64,000 nt of DNA from an uncultured Eggerthella sp. Its GTDB lineage: Bacteria > Actinomycetota > Coriobacteriia > Coriobacteriales > Eggerthellaceae. Positions within the stretch are counted from its first letter, which is position 1, and each line of letters opens with the position of its first letter. Shown one piece after another: positions 7,531-16,375 of the stretch. A program made the translations under genes and the position numbers. Where the stretch lies: NCBI GenBank assembly GCA_959607715.1, contig CAUHNN010000008.1:18033-82032 (forward strand), in the 5' to 3' direction. The notes under the pieces were generated by a model. The model made no database searches and had not been told where the DNA came from. It saw only the letters and a list, made by a program, of their open reading frames with translations.

Positions 7531-9878
7531 TCCTTGTTCTTTTTCTTGCTATCGGATGCACTCGACATCATACGTCGAGCGTCGAACACTCCCTCGACGG
7601 AACGGATCTTGTTCAAAATCCGTTCAATTACCGCCGTATCGGAAATCTGGAAAAGGAAGCGCATCTCGACCATGCCGTCGCGATGCGTCATTGAAGACAC
7701 CGAAAGAACGTTTGCCCCATGCTCGGAAAGCACGGACGCGACGTCGATGAGCAGGTTCAAGCGATCGAGCGCCTCGACGAAGATCTCGACGTTGAAGGAA
7801 AGATCGCCCGACGGCCCATCCGTTTCCCAAAACACGTCGATGATGCGCTCGGGATGTTCCTTGAGCTTAGCCGCGTTCGGACAATCGTCGCGGTGGACCG
7901 ACACGCCACGTCCCCTTGTGACGAAGCCGACGATCTTGTCGCCAGGTACTGGATTGCAGCAACGGGACAAACGCACCAACACGTCATCGACGCCGCGCAC
8001 GACCACGCCGTTCGAGCTGTGGGTCTCGTGCTTCTTCGGCTTCTTGACGCTCGTGAGCATGGGAGGCATCTTTCCGGTGGCGGAAGCCGACATCCCCGTT
8101 TGGGGGTTGCGGGCCGCAGCGGTGCCGGAATCGACCAGGATCTTCAGCATGCGGTTGGCCACATGCGTGGGATTCTCCTTGTTGGTGCCCAGGTTGACGA
8201 GCATGTCGTCGACCTCTTTGTAGCCCATCGCCTCGGAAACCTGGCGCATCGCTCGCATGCTCTGGGCAGACGAGAGACCCAATCCGTGCTTACGCATTTC
8301 CCTCATCAAGGCATCGCGTCCGATCTGGAGATCGTCGGAGCGGCTCATCTTCGAGAAATACGAGCGGATCTTGGAACGGGCCGAGGGGGTTTTGACGATA
8401 TTGAGCCAATCGCGCGAAGGCGTTGCGCTCTTCTGGGTGAGGATCTCGATGCGATCGCCCATCTGAAGCTTGTAGCTCAAAGGGACGATGGAGCCGTTGA
8501 CCTTCGCGCCGACGCAGTGGTGACCGACTTCGGTGTGGATCGCGTACGCGAAATCGACCGGCGTCGAGCCGAACCGTAAACTCATCGCCTTGCCCTTCGG
8601 CGTGAAGACGTAGACCTCCTTCGGGTCGAGGTCGGTCTTGAGCGATTTGAGGAATTCGCGAGAATCCTTCGTCTCATCCTGCCAATCGACCATTTCCCGC
8701 AGCCAGGCGATCTGCTGGTCGAAGGCGGTTTCCGCTCCCTTTCCGCCGCGCTCCTTGTAGCGCCAATGCGCCGCAACGCCGTATTCACTCATGCGATGCA
8801 TCTCTTCGGTGCGGATCTGCACTTCAAGAGGACGGCCGGTCGGGCCGATGACCGTCGTGTGCAGGCTCTGGTACATGTTGAACTTCGGCATGGCGATGTA
8901 GTCTTTGAAGCGTCCTGGCATAGGATGCCACAGGGTGTGGACGGCACCAAGCGCGGAATAGCAGTCCTTCACCGTCGTCGTGATGATGCGCACCGCGATG
9001 AGGTCATAGATCTCGGAGAATCCCTTCCCCTTCTTCGTCATCTTCTGATAGATAGAGTAAAGGTGCTTCGGGCGACCCATGATCTGCGCCTCGACGCCGA
9101 TCTTTCCCATCTCGGTCTTCAAGATGGAGATGATCGACTCGAGGTACTCCTCCCGCTCCTTGCGGGTTTCGGCAACCATGCGCGACACCTGCTTGAACTT
9201 GGTCGGCTCAAGGTAGAAAAACGCGAGATCCTCGAGCTCCCACTTTATCGAGCTAATGCCGAGGCGATGGGCGATCGGGGCGTAGATCTCGAGCGTTTCA
9301 CGAGCCTTGAAGATTCGGCGATCTTCCTTCAGCGCGGAAAGCGTACGCATGTTATGGAGGCGGTCCGCGAGCTTGATGACCATCACGCGGATATCCTTGC
9401 TCATGGCGATGAGCATCTTTCTGAACGTTTGCGCCTGCTCATCGGAGAGGGTCTCGACCTCGATTTTGGTGATCTTGGTCACTCCGTCGACCAACTCGGA
9501 AATCGATTCCCCGAACAGCTTAGCCACTTCCGCCTTGGTCGCCGGCGTATCCTCCACCGTATCGTGAAGAAGCGCTGCGCACAGCGTCTCGACGTCCATG
9601 CGAAGATCGGCGAGGATGATCGCCACTTCAACCGGATGGATGATGAACGGCTCACCCGATTTTCGGCACTGCCCGCTGTGCATCTTCGCGGCAAAACGGT
9701 ACGCACGCTCCATGAGCGCGACATCGTCGGCATCGAGGTAGCTCGACGCAAGATCCTCAAGAGCCTTGAAACGCGCCTCGGGATCGGATCCCACAGGGGC
9801 GGATGTGGCGGATTTGATCGTAGGATCGACGGCGATCGCCCTTTGCGACGCCGGTGCGGTTTTTTGACGGTCGACCAT
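7527..9878 (-). CDS. relA: Bifunctional (p)ppGpp synthetase/hydrolase (RelA/SpoT family Rel)
   Basis: The 783-aa product has an HD hydrolase domain (…HPVEVAIILADL…HDTVEDT), a synthetase domain (…YQSLHTTV…), TGS and C-terminal ACT. A strong SD (GGGGGAG) precedes the ATG at 9878, inside the recJ-recQ 3' end. Confidence 0.9.
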   Translation of the reverse strand: MVDRQKTAPASQRAIAVDPTIKSATSAPVGSDPEARFKALEDLASSYLDADDVALMERAYRFAAKMHSGQCRKSGEPFIIHPVEVAIILADLRMDVETLCAALLHDTVEDTPATKAEVAKLFGESISELVDGVTKITKIEVETLSDEQAQTFRKMLIAMSKDIRVMVIKLADRLHNMRTLSALKEDRRIFKARETLEIYAPIAHRLGISSIKWELEDLAFFYLEPTKFKQVSRMVAETRKEREEYLESIISILKTEMGKIGVEAQIMGRPKHLYSIYQKMTKKGKGFSEIYDLIAVRIITTTVKDCYSALGAVHTLWHPMPGRFKDYIAMPKFNMYQSLHTTVIGPTGRPLEVQIRTEEMHRMSEYGVAAHWRYKERGGKGAETAFDQQIAWLREMVDWQDETKDSREFLKSLKTDLDPKEVYVFTPKGKAMSLRFGSTPVDFAYAIHTEVGHHCVGAKVNGSIVPLSYKLQMGDRIEILTQKSATPSRDWLNIVKTPSARSKIRSYFSKMSRSDDLQIGRDALMREMRKHGLGLSSAQSMRAMRQVSEAMGYKEVDDMLVNLGTNKENPTHVANRMLKILVDSGTAAARNPQTGMSASATGKMPPMLTSVKKPKKHETHSSNGVVVRGVDDVLVRLSRCCNPVPGDKIVGFVTRGRGVSVHRDDCPNAAKLKEHPERIIDVFWETDGPSGDLSFNVEIFVEALDRLNLLIDVASVLSEHGANVLSVSSMTHRDGMVEMRFLFQISDTAVIERILNKIRSVEGVFDARRMMSSASDSKKKNKE

Positions 9879-9881
9879 AGC

Positions 9882-12800
9882 CTACTCCCCCTTTCCCTGC
9901 CCGTCGCCGGGCGTAAGCGGGCGCCTTATCCGCTCCTCCATCGAAGAGGCAGAAGAGCTCAGGGCCCACGCCTTGAATTCCTCGAAAGATACCTGCGCGT
10001 TCCTGCCCTCTCGATAGCGCACGCTGTCTTCGAGTTCCACTTTCCCCTCATAGTCTACGACATGAATGCGCGCCTGATCGGCGCAGCCGCAAGGTTGCCC
10101 GCCTACTTCCACCAGCCCCAACTCGCAAAACACCGCCACGGCGCTCTCGACCTGAGGCAACCTCACCTCACGCGAGAGGATGCGCGTAGCGCGCGAGGCG
10201 ATGGTCGCAGCGTCGAAGGGAAACGAAGGTTCGCCGCTTTCGCGCTGCATCGCGCGCAAAGCGCGGTAGATCTGAGCCATGACGTCATGGTCGGGGGCTT
10301 CGTCGGACAACAGGGCGTCGTTGATCCTCGCGTCCTCCTTGCCGTAGAGCACGTGCACCGAAGAAACTTCACCGTCGCGGCCCGCTCGTCCGCTCATCTG
10401 GTTGAATTCGACCTCGGAAAACGGCATGTGGTAGAGCACCACATGGCGCACGCCGGGAATGTCGATACCCTCCCCGAAGGCGGACGTCGCCACGAGGACC
10501 TGCAGCCCTCCTTCGCGAAACAGCTTCTCGACGCGGCTGCGTTCATCGCGCGATAAGCCGGCGTTGTAGAAGCCGATGAGGGAAGCGATATGGGGCTCGC
10601 GCGAGCGCAGCTCTCGGGTGAGCGCGATCGACTCCATACGGGAATTCACGTAGATGATCGTCTTTTCCGCCTGAGCGACCAGGCTCACGAGGAACTGCTC
10701 GCGCTTCTTGGCGTTGCGGTGGTCATCGATGAAAAGGTTGTCGCGAGCCGATTCGTCGATAAGGCAGGCGTCGATCGCGAACTCTTCCCTCATGATGCGA
10801 TCGGTCGCAGCGTCGGCCGTCGCGGTCAACGCCAAGACCTGGACATCTTCACCAAGGCGGGAGCACGTGTGAGCCAAGCGTCGATAGACGGGACGGAACG
10901 ACTCGGTCGAAGTCCCGATGTGATGAGCCTCGTCGATGACGACGAAGCCCACCCTCGATCCGCAGGCGAAGGCATCGGCGTGCACTTGAAGGTATTCAGG
11001 CGTCGTCAACACGATATCGACCCTCCCCTGCGCGATGGCGGATTGGATCCTGGCGCGCTCCGCCTGATCGGTCGCACCGCTCAGCGTTTCGACGACGACG
11101 CCGAAGGGAGCGAGCGCGCGCTCGAGATGAAACGCCTGATCGGCGACGAGGGCGCGCAGAGGATAGACGAACACGCTCATCTCGTTGCGCGTCAACGCGA
11201 GACGCAACGCATGGAGCTGGAAGATAAGCGACTTGCCGCGCCCCGTTCCCATGACGACGAAAAGGGACTTTCCCTCCCCGAGAAGCGAAAGGGCTTCCGC
11301 CTGCGAAGGGCGAAGCTCCTCGACGCCGGCAAGGGCACGCACCGCCGCACGCTCGAAGTCGCGCGGCGTCTCGCGGGCACGGTTTGCCCAAACCCTGCGA
11401 TCGTCGTCGGAAGGCTGCCACGCATCGGACTCGTCGACGCCTTCCTCGGCATCAGGAGACACGAGGCACGTCATGAAATCGTCGTCGAGGGCGCTGAGGC
11501 ATTGCTCGAGCGCACGGCAGGGCGCAAGGGGCTTGAGGGATTTCAAGACGGCCTTCACGCTTCGACGCCCCCGCCACGAATCGATCTGCAGCTCGAAAAC
11601 GGCGTCGAGGGCGCAACCGCACGAAACAAGCCCGTCGATATCGGGGCAACGGAACATGATGGAGGCGAGAGAAGCGGATCCATCGGTCAGCAAGCACGAC
11701 AAGTGGCTCTTATCGGCCCCGACCGCGCGCCCGCTCGCCATCATCACGCCATGCGCCAAGAAACGCGGGTTGGGATTCTCTTGGCCGAACGGAGCCAGAA
11801 GCTCGAGCTTCTCGACGCCGGAGATCGTCAACTCCGCTAGATCGACCACGGCATCGACATCGACGCGGGGGACGAACTCGTCGGCAGGCAGTTCGTCCAT
11901 GTAATCGCAAAGGCGCTGCGCGAACAAAGGAAGCTTGTCGGTCTCTATCGTCACGCCGACGGCGGCATGGTGGCCTCCGAAACGGACGAGGATGTCGCTG
12001 CATGACGAAACGGCTTCGAACAAATTGACCTCGCCGACGCTTCTCCCCGAACCGTGGGCGATGTCGCCGTCGATCGTGAAGAGAAGCGACGGAACGCCGT
12101 AGACGTTGGTAAGGCGGGAAGCGACGATGCCCTTCACCCCTTCGTGCCAGCCTTCTCCCGCCACCACGAGAGCGCGTTGCCCATGGAAAACTCGTTCGGC
12201 TTCGACCGAGGCGACTTCGGCGAGCTCGGCTTCGATGGCGCGGCGGCGCGTGTTGGTGTCTTCGAGCTCGGCGGCGAGGCGGGCAGCCTCGGCGAACTCG
12301 TCGCACATCAGAAGATCGAGGGCAAGCTGGGCATTGCCCATGCGCCCAGCTGCGTTCAGGCGGGGAACGAGCGTGAAGCTCAGGTTCGACGACGTAACCG
12401 GTTTGTCGGCAAAGCCCGATTCACCGAGAAGGGCGGCGATGCAGACCCGGGGAGCCTCGTTGATCATGCGGATGCCCTCGGAAACGAGCGCGCGATTCTG
12501 GTCGCGCATGGGCATGAGGTCGGCCACGGTGCCAAGCGTCGCGAGGTCGACGAGGTCGAGCCAGAGCTCGGGCATGCCGAAGCGCGAGCCAACCGCCTGG
12601 ACGACCTTGAGCGCCACCCCAGCGCCCGCAAGGATGGCATCGGGATTGTCGCTTTCCTTGGGATCGACAAGCGCGACGCCTTCGGGAACGAGGTCGGCTA
12701 GCTCATGATGGTCGGTGATGACCACGTCGATGCCGCGCTCCTTCAGGCATGCCACCTCGACTTTCGCCGCGATGCCGTTGTCGACGGTGACCACGAGATC

Positions 12801-13208
12801 AGGCTCGAGAGCCGACATGCGATCGATGGCCGCCTGGGACAGCCCGTAACCTTCCTCGAAACGCAAGGGGATGAAGGGCTCGACGATGCCCGAGCACGCC
12901 CGAAGGCCGCGCGTCATCAAAGCGGTCGCGGAAACGCCGTCGAGATCGAAATCGCCGAAGACGACGATCTTCTCTCGATCGATGATAGCCCGCGCAATGC
13001 GGTCGACCGCTTCGTCCATCCCCTTCATTCGATACGGATTTCCCCAGTCCCTCTCGAGCGAGGGGGCAAGGAATCGCTTGGCCTCTTCGACGGTATCTAT
13101 CCCTCGCGCCACAAGGGTGTCGGCGATGAAACGGGGAAGATCGAGGTCGTTGGCCAAGCGCGATGATGCGGCGGGGTCGCCCGCCATCACGTTGATGCGC
13201 GCAGTCAT
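9882..13208 (-). CDS. recJ: RecJ-RecQ fusion protein: an N-terminal RecJ-like DHH/DHHA1 single-strand DNA exonuclease (about 600 aa) fused in frame to a C-terminal RecQ-family DEAH-box helicase core (about 500 aa)
   Basis: N-terminus: …FLAPSLERDWGNPYRMKGMDEAVDRIARAI…VVFGDFDLDGVSATAL… (DHH) and GGHHAAVG (DHHA1). C-terminus: RPSQAEALSLL…FVVMGTGRGKSLIFQLHAL (RecQ motif I), VIDEAHHIG (DEAH), LALTATAD, IIYVNSRMES and VLVATSAFGEGIDIPGVRHVVLYHMPFSEVEFNQMSGRAGRDG (helicase C). The 3327-nt frame is continuous with no stop. Confidence 0.8.
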   Translation of the reverse strand: MTARINVMAGDPAASSRLANDLDLPRFIADTLVARGIDTVEEAKRFLAPSLERDWGNPYRMKGMDEAVDRIARAIIDREKIVVFGDFDLDGVSATALMTRGLRACSGIVEPFIPLRFEEGYGLSQAAIDRMSALEPDLVVTVDNGIAAKVEVACLKERGIDVVITDHHELADLVPEGVALVDPKESDNPDAILAGAGVALKVVQAVGSRFGMPELWLDLVDLATLGTVADLMPMRDQNRALVSEGIRMINEAPRVCIAALLGESGFADKPVTSSNLSFTLVPRLNAAGRMGNAQLALDLLMCDEFAEAARLAAELEDTNTRRRAIEAELAEVASVEAERVFHGQRALVVAGEGWHEGVKGIVASRLTNVYGVPSLLFTIDGDIAHGSGRSVGEVNLFEAVSSCSDILVRFGGHHAAVGVTIETDKLPLFAQRLCDYMDELPADEFVPRVDVDAVVDLAELTISGVEKLELLAPFGQENPNPRFLAHGVMMASGRAVGADKSHLSCLLTDGSASLASIMFRCPDIDGLVSCGCALDAVFELQIDSWRGRRSVKAVLKSLKPLAPCRALEQCLSALDDDFMTCLVSPDAEEGVDESDAWQPSDDDRRVWANRARETPRDFERAAVRALAGVEELRPSQAEALSLLGEGKSLFVVMGTGRGKSLIFQLHALRLALTRNEMSVFVYPLRALVADQAFHLERALAPFGVVVETLSGATDQAERARIQSAIAQGRVDIVLTTPEYLQVHADAFACGSRVGFVVIDEAHHIGTSTESFRPVYRRLAHTCSRLGEDVQVLALTATADAATDRIMREEFAIDACLIDESARDNLFIDDHRNAKKREQFLVSLVAQAEKTIIYVNSRMESIALTRELRSREPHIASLIGFYNAGLSRDERSRVEKLFREGGLQVLVATSAFGEGIDIPGVRHVVLYHMPFSEVEFNQMSGRAGRDGEVSSVHVLYGKEDARINDALLSDEAPDHDVMAQIYRALRAMQRESGEPSFPFDAATIASRATRILSREVRLPQVESAVAVFCELGLVEVGGQPCGCADQARIHVVDYEGKVELEDSVRYREGRNAQVSFEEFKAWALSSSASSMEERIRRPLTPGDGQGKGE

Positions 13209-13249
13209 GTTCGAACCTATCTACTTTTCTCTTTCTCGCGTTTCATTGT

Positions 13250-13288
13250 CGCACAAAACAAGAACGCTCCCCTCAAAGGGGAGCGTTC
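13250..13288 (-). terminator. Rho-independent terminator after pth (end of the glmU-prs-pth unit)
   Basis: Stem gaacgctcccc/ggggagcgttc of 11 bp with loop tcaaa. A T-rich run follows on the minus strand (ttgttttgtg). Confidence 0.6.
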
Positions 13289-13334
13289 GCGGTTCGCAGG
13301 GAACGGAAAGCGGCAAAACGCGCACGCCGAGAAC

Positions 13335-13916
13335 TCACCTGGCTCGGTTGAATTCCTCCTGCGTGCGGGAGATCCCCTTGGAAAGGAGCGACTCGACCGC
13401 TTCGGCAGCCAGACGACACGCTTGCGCAAAATCATCGGCCGCATCCTTCTTCGGCACCGCAAGAACGAAATCGACGACGCTCATTCGACCCGGAGGTCGA
13501 CCGATGCCGGTGCGGACGCGAAGGAAATCTCGCGTGCCGAGCTTGTCGATGATGGACCGAAGGCCGTTGTGGCCGGCATGGCCACCGCCTTTCTTGACAC
13601 GCACCGTCCCCGGGTCGATATCGAGCTCATCGTGAATGACGACGAGCTCCTCTGCGGGGCACTCGAACTCACGGCAGAGACGCGAGACCGGGCCGCCCGA
13701 CAGATTCATGAAGCTCTGGGGCTTCGCGAGCACGACTTCCTCAACGGCTCCGCCGGAACGCCTCATCTTCCCGCGGCCAACAAGGGCACCACAGGTATTC
13801 TTCCAGTAGGTGACGCCCCACTCATCGGCAAGGAGGTCGACGACTTCGAAGCCGGCATTATGACGGGTATGGGCGTATTCTTCACCGGGATTGCCGAGAC
13901 CAACTACAACGCGCAT
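13335..13916 (-). CDS. pth: Peptidyl-tRNA hydrolase
   Basis: Starts MRVVVGLGNPGEEYAHTRHNAGF (canonical Pth N-terminus, with the catalytic His in HTRHN). The track ORF 13335..14192 has a spurious upstream extension. It lies 5 nt after the prs stop. Confidence 0.85.
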   Translation of the reverse strand: MRVVVGLGNPGEEYAHTRHNAGFEVVDLLADEWGVTYWKNTCGALVGRGKMRRSGGAVEEVVLAKPQSFMNLSGGPVSRLCREFECPAEELVVIHDELDIDPGTVRVKKGGGHAGHNGLRSIIDKLGTRDFLRVRTGIGRPPGRMSVVDFVLAVPKKDAADDFAQACRLAAEAVESLLSKGISRTQEEFNRAR

Positions 13917-13921
13917 GGGAC

Positions 13922-14893
13922 CTACAGGGCGAACTCGGGGTCGAACAGCGAAGCCACCGACTCGTTGGCGTAGACGTTGTTGATGGCACGCGCCAAGAGC
14001 GGGGCGACGGAGATGACGTTGATCTTGCCGGTCTGACGTTCCTGCGGGACGTAGACGGTGTTGCACACGACGACTTCGTCGATCTGGGAATTCTCGAGGC
14101 GATCGTAGGCGGGACCGGAGAAGATGGGATGGGTGGCGCACACGTAAACCTTGTCGGCGCCCTTTTCCTTGAGCGTCGCGACAGCTGCGCACAGCGTACC
14201 GGCGGTATCGATCATATCGTCGTTGACGACGCAGGTTTTGCCCTTGACGTCGCCGATCAATGCGGTGATCTCGGCCTTGTTATGACCAGGACGACCCTTG
14301 TGCATGATGGCGAGATCGGCTTCGAGCATGTCGGAGAGCTTCTTGGCGGCCTTCGCGCGACCGACGTCGGGGCTCACGACGCAGAGATCGGTTTCCTGGA
14401 GACCCTTCTTCTTGAAGTAGTCGGCGAAGATGGGCAGCGCCGTAAGGTGATCGACCGGGGTGTCGAAGAATCCCTGGATCTGACCCTGGTGGAGATCGAT
14501 GGTGATGGTGCGGTCGATGCCGGCGGCCGTCATGATATTCGCAACGAGCTTAGCGGTGATCGGCTCGCGCGCGGCGGCCTTGCGGTCCTGGCGGGCATAA
14601 CCATAGCAGGGAACGACGGCATTGACCGTACGGGCGGATGCGCGCTTGGCGGCATCGGCCATGATAAGAAGCTCCATGAGCGCTTCGTTGACGTTGGGGG
14701 TTGAGGTCGATTGAACGATGAAGACGTCGGCGCCGCGGACGCTCTCGAGATAGCGGGCGTAGATTTCCCCGTTCGAGAACTTTTCGAGCTTGACGTTACC
14801 GAGCGTCGTACCCAGCGACGTGGCGATCTCCTCAGCCAGCTCAGGGCACGTCGACCCCGAGAAGATCGCCATGGTTTTGGTCATGTTGCTCAT
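13922..14893 (-). CDS. prs: Ribose-phosphate pyrophosphokinase (PRPP synthetase)
   Basis: …MAIFSGSTCPELAEEIA…, PRPP-binding site …DLHQGQIQGFFD… and …VVSPDVGRAKAAKK…. Start chosen at MSNMTK (ATG 14893), which has SD GAGAGGA and an ATGA overlap with the glmU stop. Confidence 0.85.
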   Translation of the reverse strand: MSNMTKTMAIFSGSTCPELAEEIATSLGTTLGNVKLEKFSNGEIYARYLESVRGADVFIVQSTSTPNVNEALMELLIMADAAKRASARTVNAVVPCYGYARQDRKAAAREPITAKLVANIMTAAGIDRTITIDLHQGQIQGFFDTPVDHLTALPIFADYFKKKGLQETDLCVVSPDVGRAKAAKKLSDMLEADLAIMHKGRPGHNKAEITALIGDVKGKTCVVNDDMIDTAGTLCAAVATLKEKGADKVYVCATHPIFSGPAYDRLENSQIDEVVVCNTVYVPQERQTGKINVISVAPLLARAINNVYANESVASLFDPEFAL

Positions 14894-16275
14894 TTCTTGT
14901 TCCTCTCGTTCCAATTTTCGATCTCCGTCTGACGGGCGCGACCCAAGCCGAGAGCGCCCGCGGAAACGTCTTTCGTTATAACCGAACCTGCGCCGATGAG
15001 CGAATTCTCGCCCAAAGTGACAGGGGCAACCATCATGACATCGCTACCGACGAAGCAATTATCCTCGATAACGGTAGGCCATTTCTTCACGCCATCGTAA
15101 TTGCATGTAATGGACCCTGCGCCGATGTTGACGCCCGTCCCGAGCGTTGCGTCGCCGATATAGGACAGATGGGGCACCTTCGAGCCGGCGCCGATAGTCG
15201 ATTTCTTGATCTCGACGTGCGTACCGGCCTTCGAGCCAGCGCACATGTGGGTACCGGGGCGAAGGTAGGCGCGAGGACCGCAAGTGACGTCTTCGTCGAG
15301 AACGGATTCCAAGGCAACGGTTTCCTCGATCGTGCACCCCTTGCCGACCGTCACATCGGTCAGACGCGTGTTGGGCCCGATCACGCTGTCGCTGCCGATG
15401 GTCGTGGCACCGTAGATCATCGTCATCGGGAGAATCTCGACATCGGCGGCGATCTTGACATCGGGGCCGATCCACGTCGTCGACGGGTCCATGATGGTCA
15501 CGCCCGCATCCATGTGCTCACCGTTGATGCGATCGCGCAAAGCGCCTGTCGCCTCGGCAAGCTGACGGCGAGAGTTGACGCCGAGGCATTCGGCGGGATC
15601 GTCTGCAACCAGTCCTACGACTCGCTCGCCGCGGTCGTGGGCAATGCCGAGGACGTCGGTGAGATAGTACTCGCCTTGAGCGTTGTCGGTGGAGACTTCC
15701 TCGAGGGCCGAGAAGAGAAACTCGATATCGAAGCAGTAGAAGCCCGAGTTGCATTCGGTGATCAGGGCCTGATCGACGGAGCAATCCTTCTGCTCGACGA
15801 TGGCCTCAACGTCACCTGCCGGTCCACGGACGATGCGACCGTAACCGGTGGGATCATCGGCGATCATCGTCAGAACGACGACAGCGGCTCCAGCCTCCTC
15901 GCGCGCACGAACAAGGCCTTCGATCGTCGAGGGGCGAACGAGAGGCGAATCGCCGGTAAGCACCACAAGCGAGCCCTTCCTGCCCGCAAGCGCCTCACGC
16001 GCAACGAGAACGGCATGGGCCGTTCCGAGCTGTTCTTCCTGAACGACGGTGACGCAATCCGCCAAGAGAGGCTCGACCTGCTCGCGCGCATGGCCGACCA
16101 CGCCGACCACCGAATCGATGCCCGCGGCGCGAACCGCGTCGACAACCCACCTGACGAGGGGCTTGCCCATGATCTCGTGGGCAACCTTGGGCTTGGCCGA
16201 CTTCATGCGCGTGCCTGCGCCTGCAGCCAAGATGAGAGCTGAAGCTTCCATGGACGCCTTTCGTTTGGGTTTCAT
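14890..16275 (-). CDS. glmU: Bifunctional UDP-N-acetylglucosamine pyrophosphorylase / glucosamine-1-phosphate N-acetyltransferase
   Basis: N-terminal LILAAGAGTRMKS nucleotidyltransferase motif and C-terminal left-handed beta-helix hexapeptide repeats (…IGAGS…IGDATLGTGVNIGAGSITCNYDG…). Start placed at MKPKRKASMEAS (16275); the alternative ATG at 16251 (MEASALIL) is equally possible. glmU-prs-pth is a conserved order. Confidence 0.85.
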   Translation of the reverse strand: MKPKRKASMEASALILAAGAGTRMKSAKPKVAHEIMGKPLVRWVVDAVRAAGIDSVVGVVGHAREQVEPLLADCVTVVQEEQLGTAHAVLVAREALAGRKGSLVVLTGDSPLVRPSTIEGLVRAREEAGAAVVVLTMIADDPTGYGRIVRGPAGDVEAIVEQKDCSVDQALITECNSGFYCFDIEFLFSALEEVSTDNAQGEYYLTDVLGIAHDRGERVVGLVADDPAECLGVNSRRQLAEATGALRDRINGEHMDAGVTIMDPSTTWIGPDVKIAADVEILPMTMIYGATTIGSDSVIGPNTRLTDVTVGKGCTIEETVALESVLDEDVTCGPRAYLRPGTHMCAGSKAGTHVEIKKSTIGAGSKVPHLSYIGDATLGTGVNIGAGSITCNYDGVKKWPTVIEDNCFVGSDVMMVAPVTLGENSLIGAGSVITKDVSAGALGLGRARQTEIENWNERNKK

Positions 16276-16284
16276 TCCATCCGC

Positions 16285-16330
16285 AAGTATATAACAAAGG
16301 CGCCTGGAGCGATTCGGCCCCAGGCGCCTT
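16285..16330 (-). terminator. Rho-independent terminator after the PG-binding protein gene
   Basis: Stem aaggcgcctgg/ccaggcgcctt of 11 bp with a 12-nt loop, followed on the minus strand by tttgttatatac. Confidence 0.55.
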
Positions 16331-16375
16331 GAGGGAACAACGACGGCGTCTCCACACGAAACGCAGCGCTCGGCG

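Noticed and set aside
4643-8223. Long plus-strand ORFs (4643..6034 with 463 aa, 6418..8223 with 601 aa), plus similar ones at 8766..10556, 10590..11840, 15169..16242, 16424..17530, 19843..21444, 36342..37853, 56351..57556 and 61458..62714
   Set aside because: All are antisense or shadow frames of well-supported genes (lysC, MBL/relA, recJ-recQ, glmU, the PG-binding gene, ftsB-like/yebC, secDF, tadG, tadA). Their translations are Arg/Gly/Asp-rich with no recognisable domains.
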